This document shows, in pieces, positions 46,414 to 55,583 of a stretch of DNA of 64,000 nt; within the stretch, counting starts at the first letter, position 1, and every line of letters starts with the position of its first letter. A program made the position numbers and the translations under genes. Source of the DNA: Candidatus Poribacteria bacterium (GTDB lineage: Bacteria > Poribacteria > WGA-4E > PCPOR2b); the NCBI GenBank assembly GCA_003635265.1, contig PYIZ01000010.1, positions 258,626 to 322,625 on the forward strand, written 5' to 3'. The notes under the pieces are model-generated. The model saw nothing but the letters and a program-made list of their open reading frames with translations, was not told where the DNA came from and did not search any database.

Positions 46414-48348
46414 CTAAAACGGCACCAGCCCCTTGTCGCCATGCCAAGGAAAAGCATAGCTCGGTTGATTCACAAAACGGTGCATCCCGGCTTCCAACCG
46501 AATACTTGTGGAGGGAGGTAGTTCGACCACAAAATATTTGCCCTCAACGGGAGCGACCTTCTCCGACGTTGCTCCTTGTTCATTCGTCTGAAACTGCACC
46601 TGAGTGAACCGGTGTTCTCCAAAAGCACCCGCCTGCACAATCACATTCCGTGTTTCGGTTCGGTTGAGGTTCACAAGCTGGAGGCCCACCCGATCTGCCT
46701 CCAATTTATAAACCAAAGCGGCAACATCTTTCGGAAGACCGGGACGCTCAAGGTCCATGTCGAAATAGCGCACGGTTGTGCGTAACAGTCCACCATTGTA
46801 AATAGGCTGCGGTGAGCCCATCGTCACCTGCGTAAGCCCCTTGGTCACCACAGGGTTCGGGGGCCACCGGTTGTCCGCAATAATCTGCGCGGGATCACGT
46901 GAATCACGACGCATATACTCATACATCGCCATAACATACTGATACTCCGCCTGCAACCGCTTTTGGGGCCAATCGGGATTTACACCGTCGTAGTAGTTAA
47001 AACGCGCTTCCAGATTCCCACTGCTTCGATCCCCAGCAACCTCGACCTCATTCCAGTCACTCTCCTTTTCACCAGCGCGCAGCTTTGTAATTAGCTCATA
47101 ATCCCTCGCCTCCATTGACGCGTGATACACCCGCGCCAACCACTGAATTCCTCTCGGCTGATACCCCTCCCAACCGTTGGGCGTAATCCGCGTCGGCACA
47201 AGCAATTGACCATCTTCTCGCGTCTTAGCAAGACTCAACAAAAATTCAATTTGCGAGCGGATAAACTCCAGATAGCCAAAATCACCGGTGAGCAACAACG
47301 CGCATTCGGAGGCAATGGTAGCCGCTAAAAACGCATTGCGCGCAGAGTTACGACTATTCCAGCCGTAAAATCCACCCCACCACTGACCGTTGCGTTGTTC
47401 CCCTATCTTCCCTGTGGGTCCAACATTGTCCGGAATAATCCCATTATTATCCCGAGTCCGATCCATCCAAGCTTCTGTATATTCCAGCACCCACCGTTTA
47501 TATTTCTCCTCACCGGTGTAAAGATACGCATTGGTAATCAGCCCCGTAGCTGCCAAATTATCAGGGATATCGCCGTTAAGAATAACATCGTCGAAGATCT
47601 TCAGAATCTCTTCCGCGCGCACCGGATTCTCAAACCAGTCATCCTCTAAATCGTTGACGACCGGGTAGAGATTTGACCGTTGAGCGTGCCCATGGGCAAC
47701 GCCACCCGGATAGTAAATCGGATCCAACAGCACCTTCGCCATCGCAAGGTCTGCATGAAAGCGAGGACCAACACTACCGTGGAAAGGCGAACGGATAATT
47801 TTATATTCAGGGTCATAGTTGGGTGCTTTAGGATCCTCAGCCATATACATCGCTGCGAACCGCTTGGCGCGCCGGATGTTTTCCGGATGGGTTGGGTCCG
47901 CCAACCCAAAGCAATAAAAAGACTGATTACCTTCACCCATGTGAAACCAGTCCGCGGGACCATTTAGGTTGTAGTATTCATTGTGGAGTTGCACCCGAAA
48001 CTCTGGATGTTGCGGATCCTCGTCCCGTCGCACTACGCCATCGTCATAAAGTCGGGTAATTGCATTCCATTCTTGGAGACCGATCTCAAGCACTCGCTCA
48101 GCCGCGCCAATGGCATAGAGAAGTCCTTTATATGAGTGCGCCTCATACGTATCATCGACATCGTTTACATTATAAGGAGTGCCATCAAGACGACCATACT
48201 TCTGCGCTGCTAACTCTACCGCCTCCTCCATGAGGCAGATAAGTTGACGCTCCATCAGTGCCCACGTCGGCGGAGATGAGATCTCAGTCGCCTTTATAGA
48301 TACTATATTTTCTGGCATGTTTCGTCCTGCCATCGTCCAACCTCCCAC
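46414..48348 (-). CDS. large hypothetical protein (possible alpha/alpha-toroid glycoside hydrolase-like)
   Basis: A 644-aa intact ORF with uniform coding character. I recognise no diagnostic motif, and the start is uncertain. Confidence 0.45.
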   Translation of the reverse strand: MGGWTMAGRNMPENIVSIKATEISSPPTWALMERQLICLMEEAVELAAQKYGRLDGTPYNVNDVDDTYEAHSYKGLLYAIGAAERVLEIGLQEWNAITRLYDDGVVRRDEDPQHPEFRVQLHNEYYNLNGPADWFHMGEGNQSFYCFGLADPTHPENIRRAKRFAAMYMAEDPKAPNYDPEYKIIRSPFHGSVGPRFHADLAMAKVLLDPIYYPGGVAHGHAQRSNLYPVVNDLEDDWFENPVRAEEILKIFDDVILNGDIPDNLAATGLITNAYLYTGEEKYKRWVLEYTEAWMDRTRDNNGIIPDNVGPTGKIGEQRNGQWWGGFYGWNSRNSARNAFLAATIASECALLLTGDFGYLEFIRSQIEFLLSLAKTREDGQLLVPTRITPNGWEGYQPRGIQWLARVYHASMEARDYELITKLRAGEKESDWNEVEVAGDRSSGNLEARFNYYDGVNPDWPQKRLQAEYQYVMAMYEYMRRDSRDPAQIIADNRWPPNPVVTKGLTQVTMGSPQPIYNGGLLRTTVRYFDMDLERPGLPKDVAALVYKLEADRVGLQLVNLNRTETRNVIVQAGAFGEHRFTQVQFQTNEQGATSEKVAPVEGKYFVVELPPSTSIRLEAGMHRFVNQPSYAFPWHGDKGLVPF

Positions 48349-48665
48349 ATACGAAAAGAGGAAAAAGGCTTTGTCGCAATCTGCTAGCTGATTGCAACAC
48401 AGGGATGTTCATTATCTCATATCAGTATCTATTTTTCAACGCCAATTCCCGTGCTACAGCCAAATTTTCATGCCAAGCAAAAAGTTTGACAAAGTTTGCC
48501 ACATTGGCATAAACTAATACCTGTTATGGTGCTCCCAAACTTCTCATACACAATCGCCATTGTCCCATTTCAATTTTGCGCGAACCATACTCTCTTCGCT
48601 CACGAAACGCCCGCAACCACCCTTAGACACTTAAACTATTCGTGAGAGGTACTCCGAAAAGCAGC

Positions 48666-50564
48666 ATGGCAATCAACAACCTCAAATTACCAGAAACCAC
48701 CAATCCATCTCTTGGGAAACCTGCCGACGCATCAGTTTATCAAACGACAGTCCAACGGAAGGCTGGTAGGATCGGAAAACTCCATTTGCAGCGCAATGGG
48801 ATAGCACTCCCACCCCTATCGACACCAATTTTGTATCCTGTCCTCTCATTCATGACCAGCACCAGCACAAATGGCGGCGGAATATGGAAATACCTGCTGA
48901 AAGATGTTATGAAACATGACGTACCGATCCTTTCACAGGTACTGCATTTCCTCGATTTTAATATCACAGGCAAACACATCGGTTATTGGCGTGAAATGTC
49001 CATGCGTGAACGCTACCGGGAGCCGAATGGCCCCTATGACGCTCCCATGTTTTTGGACTCCGGCGGCTTCAAACTACTTTATAACGCTGGGCTCTCGCTC
49101 TCAGAATTCGGTATCCATAAGGAGACAGAAGCGGATGATATCTTAGATTTTCAACTCAGTCTTGGGGGAGATATCATAGCCTCCCTCGATTATCCACTAC
49201 CTCCCGGTCTCGTCCGTTCCGAAGCGAAAACTCGTATGAAGCGAAGCCTTCAGAACGCATTCCATGTTGCAGAGCGACTCGCAGAAATGGACAATCCACC
49301 TTACCTCTATATTTGCTGCCACGGACAATCCAGAGAAGATATTCAGAACTACGTCACTCAGGTTTTTGAACGGCTAACGGAGGTTCCGCCCTTCGGACTT
49401 GCAGTCGGCTCGCTTGTACCACTACGAGGAGACAACGATTCCGAGGTACTATCACGGATATGTGGTGTGCTGGACGCTATTCCGGAATCAGCACGGGATC
49501 GGATACCCATCCACGCCTTCGGGGTCTCTGGCAACCTAACTCCAGTACTCGCCTATTTGGGAGTCGATAGTTTTGATAGCACAAGTTATATTCAAGCAGC
49601 GCGTAGTCTGAGCTATTCACATCCGGAGACACAGAAAAAACTAAAGATCATGGAGTTGGATTCAATGGAGTGCACCTGTCGGATTTGTCGAGAAACTTGT
49701 CTCGGAGAGATGCAGCAGGCATTCATGGATCCGATACGCTATCGACGCACCTCAACAGGAAAATACAAAAGCTACTACTACGCCAAAATTGCGCTCCACA
49801 ATTTCGAGATGGAGGTCAAAACCCTCGACGACATGGTGCAGGCGATTAAAGCCGACAATGCGCTTGAAGCACTCGTTGAACACGTCTCAAAGGCACGCGG
49901 TGTTCGAGAAGCAGCCAACTGGCTCGTCGAAAACAGAGCTGAGTTTGCAACGAAAATGTCAAAAACTGTTATCCCTGTTCCCAAACGTTCAAAAACTCAA
50001 CGCGCGAAACAAAACCTCTCACTGAACTACACCCCCGACTCATTTTCTATCCCACCAGATTATCAGCCACCGCCAGAAAAACGGATTCTTTTGACAATCC
50101 CTTGTGCCGGAAAGAAGCCGTACTCCTTTTCACGCACCCATTCCATTGTGAACACCACACTCCGCACCGCATTTGGCAAGGATCAGCAGTTCATCCACAA
50201 AATCACCCTTTCAGGGCTCTATGGTCCCGTCCCCGAAGAATTTGAGTCGGAAAAAGCAGTAGTCCGCTACGATTTTCAATTGTTGCCTCGAAACGCCACT
50301 CAAATTCAACTTGGGGCAGATCGGTTCAACACCTATCTTGATAAACATGGGCAACACTACGAACTGATTGTCGGTTATGCTACCAGTAACGCCTACCGCA
50401 AGGTCCTAGGACTAGTCCAAAGGTATCATCAGGATTTTATCCTGCTGCCCACGAAACCTAAGCAAAAACGACTTTCTGAGTTTTTCCGACACATCCACCT
50501 CGACGAACTTGTAGAGGTATTATCCAGTGTTTTAGGTAGAAAAAAGGAACAGCCTTCGAGTTGA
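48666..50564 (+). CDS. tRNA-guanine transglycosylase (TGT)-fold domain fused to an archaeosine synthase (ArcS)-type motif domain
   Basis: TGT hallmarks: FLDSGGFKLL (catalytic Asp region), IHAFGVSGNLTPVLAYLGVDSFDS, and Zn site CTCRIC...LHN. The C-terminal domain carries IPCAGKKPYSFSRTHS, which matches PC-X3-KPY-X2-S-X2-H (nt 50100-50141). Confidence 0.7.
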   Translation: MAINNLKLPETTNPSLGKPADASVYQTTVQRKAGRIGKLHLQRNGIALPPLSTPILYPVLSFMTSTSTNGGGIWKYLLKDVMKHDVPILSQVLHFLDFNITGKHIGYWREMSMRERYREPNGPYDAPMFLDSGGFKLLYNAGLSLSEFGIHKETEADDILDFQLSLGGDIIASLDYPLPPGLVRSEAKTRMKRSLQNAFHVAERLAEMDNPPYLYICCHGQSREDIQNYVTQVFERLTEVPPFGLAVGSLVPLRGDNDSEVLSRICGVLDAIPESARDRIPIHAFGVSGNLTPVLAYLGVDSFDSTSYIQAARSLSYSHPETQKKLKIMELDSMECTCRICRETCLGEMQQAFMDPIRYRRTSTGKYKSYYYAKIALHNFEMEVKTLDDMVQAIKADNALEALVEHVSKARGVREAANWLVENRAEFATKMSKTVIPVPKRSKTQRAKQNLSLNYTPDSFSIPPDYQPPPEKRILLTIPCAGKKPYSFSRTHSIVNTTLRTAFGKDQQFIHKITLSGLYGPVPEEFESEKAVVRYDFQLLPRNATQIQLGADRFNTYLDKHGQHYELIVGYATSNAYRKVLGLVQRYHQDFILLPTKPKQKRLSEFFRHIHLDELVEVLSSVLGRKKEQPSS

Positions 50565-50569
50565 ACCCC

Positions 50570-50767
50570 ATGAAAACCAAAAACCGAGTGGAAATAGGAT
50601 TGTGTCAAACCTGCCAGCACGTCAAAATAATCGAAAACGCTAATCAGAGCCGTTTCTATCTGTGCCTTCTCTCCGATTCCAACACCGACTTCCGGAAATA
50701 TCCACACCTGCCTATGCTCACCTGCCCCGGCTACCAATCCCAGAAGAAAACACATCATCGGAAATAA
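50570..50767 (+). CDS. small Cys4 (zinc-ribbon-like) protein, 65 aa
   Basis: CQTCQH...YLC...TCPGY. The track start (TTG at 50561) overlaps the upstream stop as TTGA, and the first ATG is at 50570. The ...FRKYPHLPMLTCPGY pattern looks like a conserved small-protein family whose name I cannot recall. Confidence 0.45.
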   Translation: MKTKNRVEIGLCQTCQHVKIIENANQSRFYLCLLSDSNTDFRKYPHLPMLTCPGYQSQKKTHHRK

Positions 50768-51032
50768 TACCCATCTTAACCCGATCAGCTGAATACTCGG
50801 AATTTTTGTATCCTTAACGACTTTGATCTTGAATATCAGCCGTGTTTCCCTTATAATATTTGATACTATGTCAATCTAATATCTCAATCCACCAAACTTA
50901 CTTCCAGATAAGGTTTTCATGCTAAAATATAAAAACAATATGTAAGACTTGGTGGGTATCCGTTGTACTATTGGACTTTTACACCACTTAACCGATCGCC
51001 GCAAGGCGGTCAGGGGTTCGCCGGTAAGTAGG

Positions 51033-51050
51033 GAACAACGATCGTTGTTC
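51033..51050. promoter_or_regulatory. 18-nt perfect palindrome upstream of argD
   Basis: GAACAACGATCGTTGTTC lies 35 nt upstream of the argD ATG and just before the RBS GAGGAGG. It could be an operator or a leader hairpin. Confidence 0.3.
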
Positions 51051-51084
51051 TCCGAATACGCTAGCCCCAAGAGGAGGACACAAA

Positions 51085-52272
51085 ATGACAACCGCTGAAA
51101 TCAAAGCAATGGCTACAGAGTATATTATGAACACCTACGGGGAACGCTCGCTGGCGTTCGTCCGTGGCGAAGAGGCTTACCTCTGGGATGCCGATGGTAA
51201 GAAATACCTCGATTTCCTAGGTGGCTTGGCCGTCAACGGCCTGGGACACTGCCATCCCAACGTGGTCGCAGCAATCCGTGAACAGGCAGGCAAACTCCTG
51301 CATATCTCCAATCTCTACTACATTGAACCGCAAGCCCGGCTGGCAAAGATGCTGATTGATAACTCTGATATGGATCAGTGCTTCTTCTGCAACAGCGGTG
51401 CCGAAGCCAACGAAGCCGGGATTAAACTCGCGCGGAAGTACACAAGAGACCAAGGTAGAGATGCGTACGAAATCATCACGATGGACAACTCGTTCCATGG
51501 ACGTACAATGGCAACGATAACAGCGACCGCTCAACCCAAATATCACAAAGGATTTGAGCCGATGGTTCCTGGGTTCACCTATGTTCCGTACGATGATCTT
51601 TCCGCTGTGGAAGCCGCTATTAGCAGCAAGACCTGCGGCATTCTTGTGGAAGCAATCCAGTCCGAAGGGGGTGTTAACACACCGGGCAGCGGTTACATCG
51701 AAGGGCTGCGCGAACTCTGCGACAAACACGATCTAGTGCTTATCCTCGACGAAGTACAAACCGCAATGGGACGGCTAGGTCCTCTGTTTGGGTATCAAAG
51801 TTACGGCATTATCCCCGATATTATCACAATGGCAAAGTCCCTCGGTGGAGGGGCACCAATCGGCGCGATGCTCGCCAAGGGGCAGATCGCAGCAAGTTTC
51901 GTTCCCGGCACCCACGCCGCGACATTTGGCGGAAACCCGCTGGTGACCGCCGCAGCATGTGCAACGGTCGAAACCATCCTCGATGAAAACCTTGGCGAGA
52001 ATGCGGTTAAAATGGGGGACTATCTGGAATTCAAGTTGATGGGACTCAAAGATCAATACCCGATCAAAGAGGTGCGCGGCAAAGGCCTGCTGCGTGGCTT
52101 GGTACTGTCTGTCGATGCCAACGAGCTCGCCGCCAAGTGTATTGAAAATGGCTTAATCACGATCTGTACAAACGATTATATCCTTCGCTTTTTGCCACCG
52201 CTCAATATCACCGCTGCACACGTTGACGAAGCGGTTTCGATTGTTGAGAAGTCGCTAGCTGAAACTGTCTAG
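51085..52272 (+). CDS. argD: acetylornithine aminotransferase (class III PLP aminotransferase)
   Basis: FCNSGAEANEAGIKLAR, DEVQTAMGRLG and the PLP-lysine context TMAKSLGGG. Confidence 0.85.
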   Translation: MTTAEIKAMATEYIMNTYGERSLAFVRGEEAYLWDADGKKYLDFLGGLAVNGLGHCHPNVVAAIREQAGKLLHISNLYYIEPQARLAKMLIDNSDMDQCFFCNSGAEANEAGIKLARKYTRDQGRDAYEIITMDNSFHGRTMATITATAQPKYHKGFEPMVPGFTYVPYDDLSAVEAAISSKTCGILVEAIQSEGGVNTPGSGYIEGLRELCDKHDLVLILDEVQTAMGRLGPLFGYQSYGIIPDIITMAKSLGGGAPIGAMLAKGQIAASFVPGTHAATFGGNPLVTAAACATVETILDENLGENAVKMGDYLEFKLMGLKDQYPIKEVRGKGLLRGLVLSVDANELAAKCIENGLITICTNDYILRFLPPLNITAAHVDEAVSIVEKSLAETV

Positions 52273-52309
52273 TGCGGGGGCAGAAGTAATTTACGCGTTA
52301 AACAGAACC

Positions 52310-52342
52310 AGAGACCGAGTTTTTACGAACAACTCGGTCTCT
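52310..52342 (+). terminator. stem-loop after argD (AGAGACCGAGTT...AACTCGGTCTCT)
   Basis: A 12-bp perfect stem 38 nt after the stop. It shares the ACCGAGTT/AACTCGGT core with the hairpin at 55414-55478. There is no clear U-tract. Confidence 0.45.
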
Positions 52343-52395
52343 ACACATAGGAGACAAACTAAGACTCAAGAGTGCAGAGTCTTTCTATAATACTA

Positions 52396-52953
52396 ATGCC
52401 GACTACAAAATCTTTGTTATGGTTGGGAGCTATCATCCTCACCACTTGCAACGGGTGTGACAAGTCCAAACCCAACGCAGTTTTAGAAACTAGCAAAGGA
52501 CGAATCATTATCGAACTCTATCCCGACGCTGCACCGAAAACCGTTGATAATTTCGCAACCCTCATCCAACAGGGGTTCTACGACGGACTCTCTTTCCATC
52601 GTTATGTGCCTGACTTTGTAATCCAAGGCGGTGACCCAGCGGGCGACGGCACCGGAGGACCAGGGTGGATGATTTACGGTGAATTTCAAGACCCCGAACT
52701 TCGCTCAAAAATGCCCAAGCACGAAAAAGGTACTGTCGCGATGGCACGAAAGCCACAGCCGAATTCCGCGGGCAGCCAATTCTACATCTGCCTGAATCCA
52801 GACGCCAACGGGTATCAGCACCTCGAAGGCAAATACACCGCTTTTGGGCGCGTCATCGAAGGGCTAGAGGTCGTCGATCAACTCCGCCAAGGTGATAGGA
52901 TGAATAAAGTCACACTCGAGGGCTACCAGCCACCAACAGAAAGCGAAAAATAA
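52396..52953 (+). CDS. peptidyl-prolyl cis-trans isomerase, cyclophilin type (lipoprotein/secreted)
   Basis: FHRYVPDFVIQGGDP and GSQFYICL motifs. The start was trimmed to the Met before the signal sequence. Confidence 0.85.
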   Translation: MPTTKSLLWLGAIILTTCNGCDKSKPNAVLETSKGRIIIELYPDAAPKTVDNFATLIQQGFYDGLSFHRYVPDFVIQGGDPAGDGTGGPGWMIYGEFQDPELRSKMPKHEKGTVAMARKPQPNSAGSQFYICLNPDANGYQHLEGKYTAFGRVIEGLEVVDQLRQGDRMNKVTLEGYQPPTESEK

Positions 52954-52979
52954 CTTCACGCGAAAGGCAAATAAATCTC

Positions 52980-54041
52980 ATGGAAGAATGGAAAAAACTC
53001 GTTCGGGATACGGTCAATACACCTGAAAAACTTGCTGCTATCTTCGATGTCGATCTCGACGAGATAAAGCGCGTTCACGACGTATTTCCTATCCGTATTA
53101 ATCCCTACTATTTGAGCCTGATCGAGGAGCCGGGAGACCCGATCTGGAAACAGGTTGTCCCAGATCCAAAAGAACTGATCCGAACCGGATTTGAGGAAGA
53201 TGACCCACTCGGCGAAGAGGATGATAGCCTCGTACCCAACGTCACACATCGTTATCCGGATCGGGTATTGTTTTATGTCAACTACATGTGCCCGATCTAC
53301 TGCCGATTCTGCACCCGAAAACGCAAAGTCGGAGATCCGGACTCCATTCCCGACAACAATATCGAGATGGGTTTGGACTATATCCGCAGTCACCCCGAAA
53401 TTCGCGACGTCATCATCTCCGGCGGTGATTCGATGATGCTGACGGATCGGAAAATTGATTATATTGTCGGCAGCCTCCGTGACATCGAGCACCTCGAAAT
53501 CATCCGAATCGGTTCGCGCGTACCCGTTACCTTGCCACAACGTATCACGCCGGAGTTATGCGCAATCCTCAAGCAGTACCACCCTTTTTATATTAACACC
53601 CACTTCAACCACCCCCGCGAAGTTACGCCGGAAACCGAGAAAGCGTGCGGCATGTTGGTAGATGCCGGTATCCCTGTCGGCAATCAGGCTGTCCTGCTCA
53701 GAGGCGTCAACGACGATCCCACAGTCATGGTTGATTTGATGAAGAAACTCCTCAAAATCCGCGTCAGACCCTACTATATCTATCAGGCAGACCTCGTTTA
53801 CGGAACAGATCACTTCCGCACATCGATCAAAACAGGACTGGAAATTGTCTCCGCATTGCGCGGACACATTTCTGGGCTCGGCGTGCCGCACTATGTGGTT
53901 GATGCACCCGGCGGTGGTGGTAAAATTGCTCTCATCCCAGATCCAGTCGTGTCGTTTGATGATGAGGAGATTCGGTTGAAAAACTACGAGGGGAACACCT
54001 ACAGCTATCCAAGTACCTCCTTCTATGATGAAGATTGGTAG
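52980..54041 (+). CDS. KamA-family radical SAM enzyme (lysine 2,3-aminomutase-like)
   Basis: CPIYCRFCTRK (CxxxCxxC) and the N-terminal PYYLSLI...DPIWKQVVP typical of KamA/EpmB. Confidence 0.85.
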   Translation: MEEWKKLVRDTVNTPEKLAAIFDVDLDEIKRVHDVFPIRINPYYLSLIEEPGDPIWKQVVPDPKELIRTGFEEDDPLGEEDDSLVPNVTHRYPDRVLFYVNYMCPIYCRFCTRKRKVGDPDSIPDNNIEMGLDYIRSHPEIRDVIISGGDSMMLTDRKIDYIVGSLRDIEHLEIIRIGSRVPVTLPQRITPELCAILKQYHPFYINTHFNHPREVTPETEKACGMLVDAGIPVGNQAVLLRGVNDDPTVMVDLMKKLLKIRVRPYYIYQADLVYGTDHFRTSIKTGLEIVSALRGHISGLGVPHYVVDAPGGGGKIALIPDPVVSFDDEEIRLKNYEGNTYSYPSTSFYDEDW

Positions 54042-54199
54042 GATTTCAGAACCTGTTTAAAAAAGAAAACAGCTCTCACTCCCTAAGCCAGACATCTTGC
54101 CCACCACCACGAACAGGAAACAAACCCAACCCCGTAGGCGGGGCATCTTGCCCCGCCACGCTATGTCATCATAACCTTCCAAACAGGTTAGTAGATAAT

Positions 54200-54423
54200 A
54201 GGAGTTACGCAGTTCAGTTTGTAGTAGCACAATTCATTGCGCGTCCGGACGGGCGATAAATCCCTCTACTACAAACCTAAGACCTGACTGTAGTTGCCCG
54301 CCTGTCCCGATAATTCGGGGATTCATCGGGCGTTTGAAATGGTGTCCTGTGGCGATGAATAGTCGAACTAAAAATCGAAGACTCTCGGAACGGAGGGTTT
54401 GAGCGTTCAAGTGCATAAGTCCT
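54200..54423. repeat. cluster of two TGTAG...CTACA-type elements plus flanking CTGCGTAAsTCCT / ATAAGTCCT motifs
   Basis: Variant core at 54220-54273 (TGTAGTAG...CTACTACA). Core at 54289-54372 is the TGTAGTTGCCCG... type with a ~20-nt internal insertion and a degenerate right arm. A GGCGGGGCA-TCT-TGCCCCGCC hairpin lies just upstream, near 54128-54148. Confidence 0.6.
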
Positions 54424-54440
54424 AAGATAAATCAAATCCC

Positions 54441-54671
54441 ATGAAAAAAGAACAGATTATCACATGCGATAAAGAAATAGTCAGCGGAACGCCCGTCTTT
54501 GCCGGTACGCGTGTGCCCGTCGCAATACTGATTGACTATCTTAAAGCAGGGGATTCCTTGGAGCGTTTTCTGGAGGGCTTTCCTACAGTCAAGCGTGCAC
54601 AAGCCATCGCTTTTTTAGACATGGCTCTCGAAGCTGCCCTGACGGAGAACCCTAGTGCGCGTGCTGCTTGA
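54441..54671 (+). CDS. DUF433-family antitoxin-like protein
   Basis: ITCDKEIVSGTPVFAGTRVPVAILIDYLKAGDSLERFLEGFPTV is the canonical DUF433 pattern. Confidence 0.75.
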   Translation: MKKEQIITCDKEIVSGTPVFAGTRVPVAILIDYLKAGDSLERFLEGFPTVKRAQAIAFLDMALEAALTENPSARAA

Positions 54672-54942
54672 TGAAAACATAGACCGTTTCTTGAAATCTC
54701 TATTCGCTTCTGATATGGAGGTATTCACCGTCCGTGAGCAGGGTTGGACAAGCATGGAGAACGGTAGATTACTGCGTGTAGCACAGCATGAATTTGATGT
54801 TTTGGTCACGATGGACAAGAATTTGGAACACCAGCAGAACCTAAATGTGATCAATATGGGTATCGTCGTGATTCGAGTCGCAGATTTTCACTGGTATTCA
54901 AGATCTTGTTTGGATTGTCATAAAAAGCCCTGCGAAATATGA
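54655..54942 (+). CDS. DUF5615-family (PIN-like) toxin-like protein
   Basis: VRVLLDENIDRFL...DVLVTMDKNL is typical of DUF5615. A GTG start overlaps the DUF433 stop by 17 nt. Confidence 0.7.
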   Translation: MRVLLDENIDRFLKSLFASDMEVFTVREQGWTSMENGRLLRVAQHEFDVLVTMDKNLEHQQNLNVINMGIVVIRVADFHWYSRSCLDCHKKPCEI

Positions 54943-55415
54943 AAAAAACTATGGCTTGGAGCTGTTACGTTTTTACTAGTTTTTCCTCTATTCCTGCCCA
55001 TAGGGATAGCGAGCGATGTTCCTTTTGCAGATGTTCCGTTTGATGTTAACAACATCCCAGAACCCGTGCTGCCCCCAAAGGAAGTCCGTGATTTCTTTGA
55101 GCTAGACCCATATTACCAACAATGGATAAATGTCGGAGGATTTCCTGTCCTCGCGTCAGCAGAGGTCAGCCCTTATACTGTAAAAGAAGCGGCATGGACT
55201 ATCGGGCACATGGTCGGACATCGTCCGGATATTCTAAAGGTAATGGCACAAAACAAAGCACGTTTTTCCATAGTTCCTCATAACAAACATCTCCCTGACA
55301 TTCCCGAATATGACCTTGGTAGACTCGATTTTTTTGGGAGATGCGTGCTCGCGGTATAGGTGGTTTGACGACGACTTCGCCTGAGGAAAATATAATCGCT
55401 CATGTTAAGATTTAG
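54939..55415 (+). pseudogene. degraded secreted-protein gene (two homopolymer frameshifts, 3' truncated)
   Basis: ATG at 54939 is followed by an A7 run. One fewer A would give MKKLWLGAVTFLLVFPLFLPIGIA, a signal peptide in frame with the 55066 ORF. At the T7 run (55329-55335) one extra T would continue ...DFFWEMRARGIGGLTTTSPEENII. The reading then ends at 55413-55415. Confidence 0.55.
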
Positions 55416-55478
55416 TGCAAAGAAACCGAGTTTTCAAGAAAAAACTCGGTTTCTCTGAGTGCTTTGCACTTTCTTTTT
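55414..55478 (+). terminator. long hairpin plus T-tract
   Basis: AGTGCAAAGAAACCGAGTTTT-CAAG-AAAAAACTCGGTTTCTCTGAGTGCTTTGCACT followed by TTCTTTTT. Confidence 0.55.
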
Positions 55479-55512
55479 ACATGAGCCTTTCCGCTATACG
55501 GCGGATGTTGAT

Positions 55513-55578
55513 ACTCAAGTAATGGGCAAAATCATTCTCAAAGGCATTTGATTTCATGAATATCACGGCGTCGCAGAA
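55513..55578 (+). pseudogene. duplicated remnant of the folB 5' end
   Basis: About 86% identity to 58205-58270. It reads MGKIILKGI* versus authentic FolB MDKIILKGIGFHGYHGVVE, with an in-frame TGA. Confidence 0.7.
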
Positions 55579-55583
55579 TAATA

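Noticed and set aside
52980-54041. The KamA-like radical SAM gene as the RaSEA-type partner of the ArcS-motif protein, since ArcS uses lysine and RaSEA is a radical SAM enzyme.
   Set aside because: It is separated from the TGT/ArcS-like gene by argD and a cyclophilin gene, each with its own signals. It has classical lysine 2,3-aminomutase/EpmB sequence features, and no operonic link is visible.
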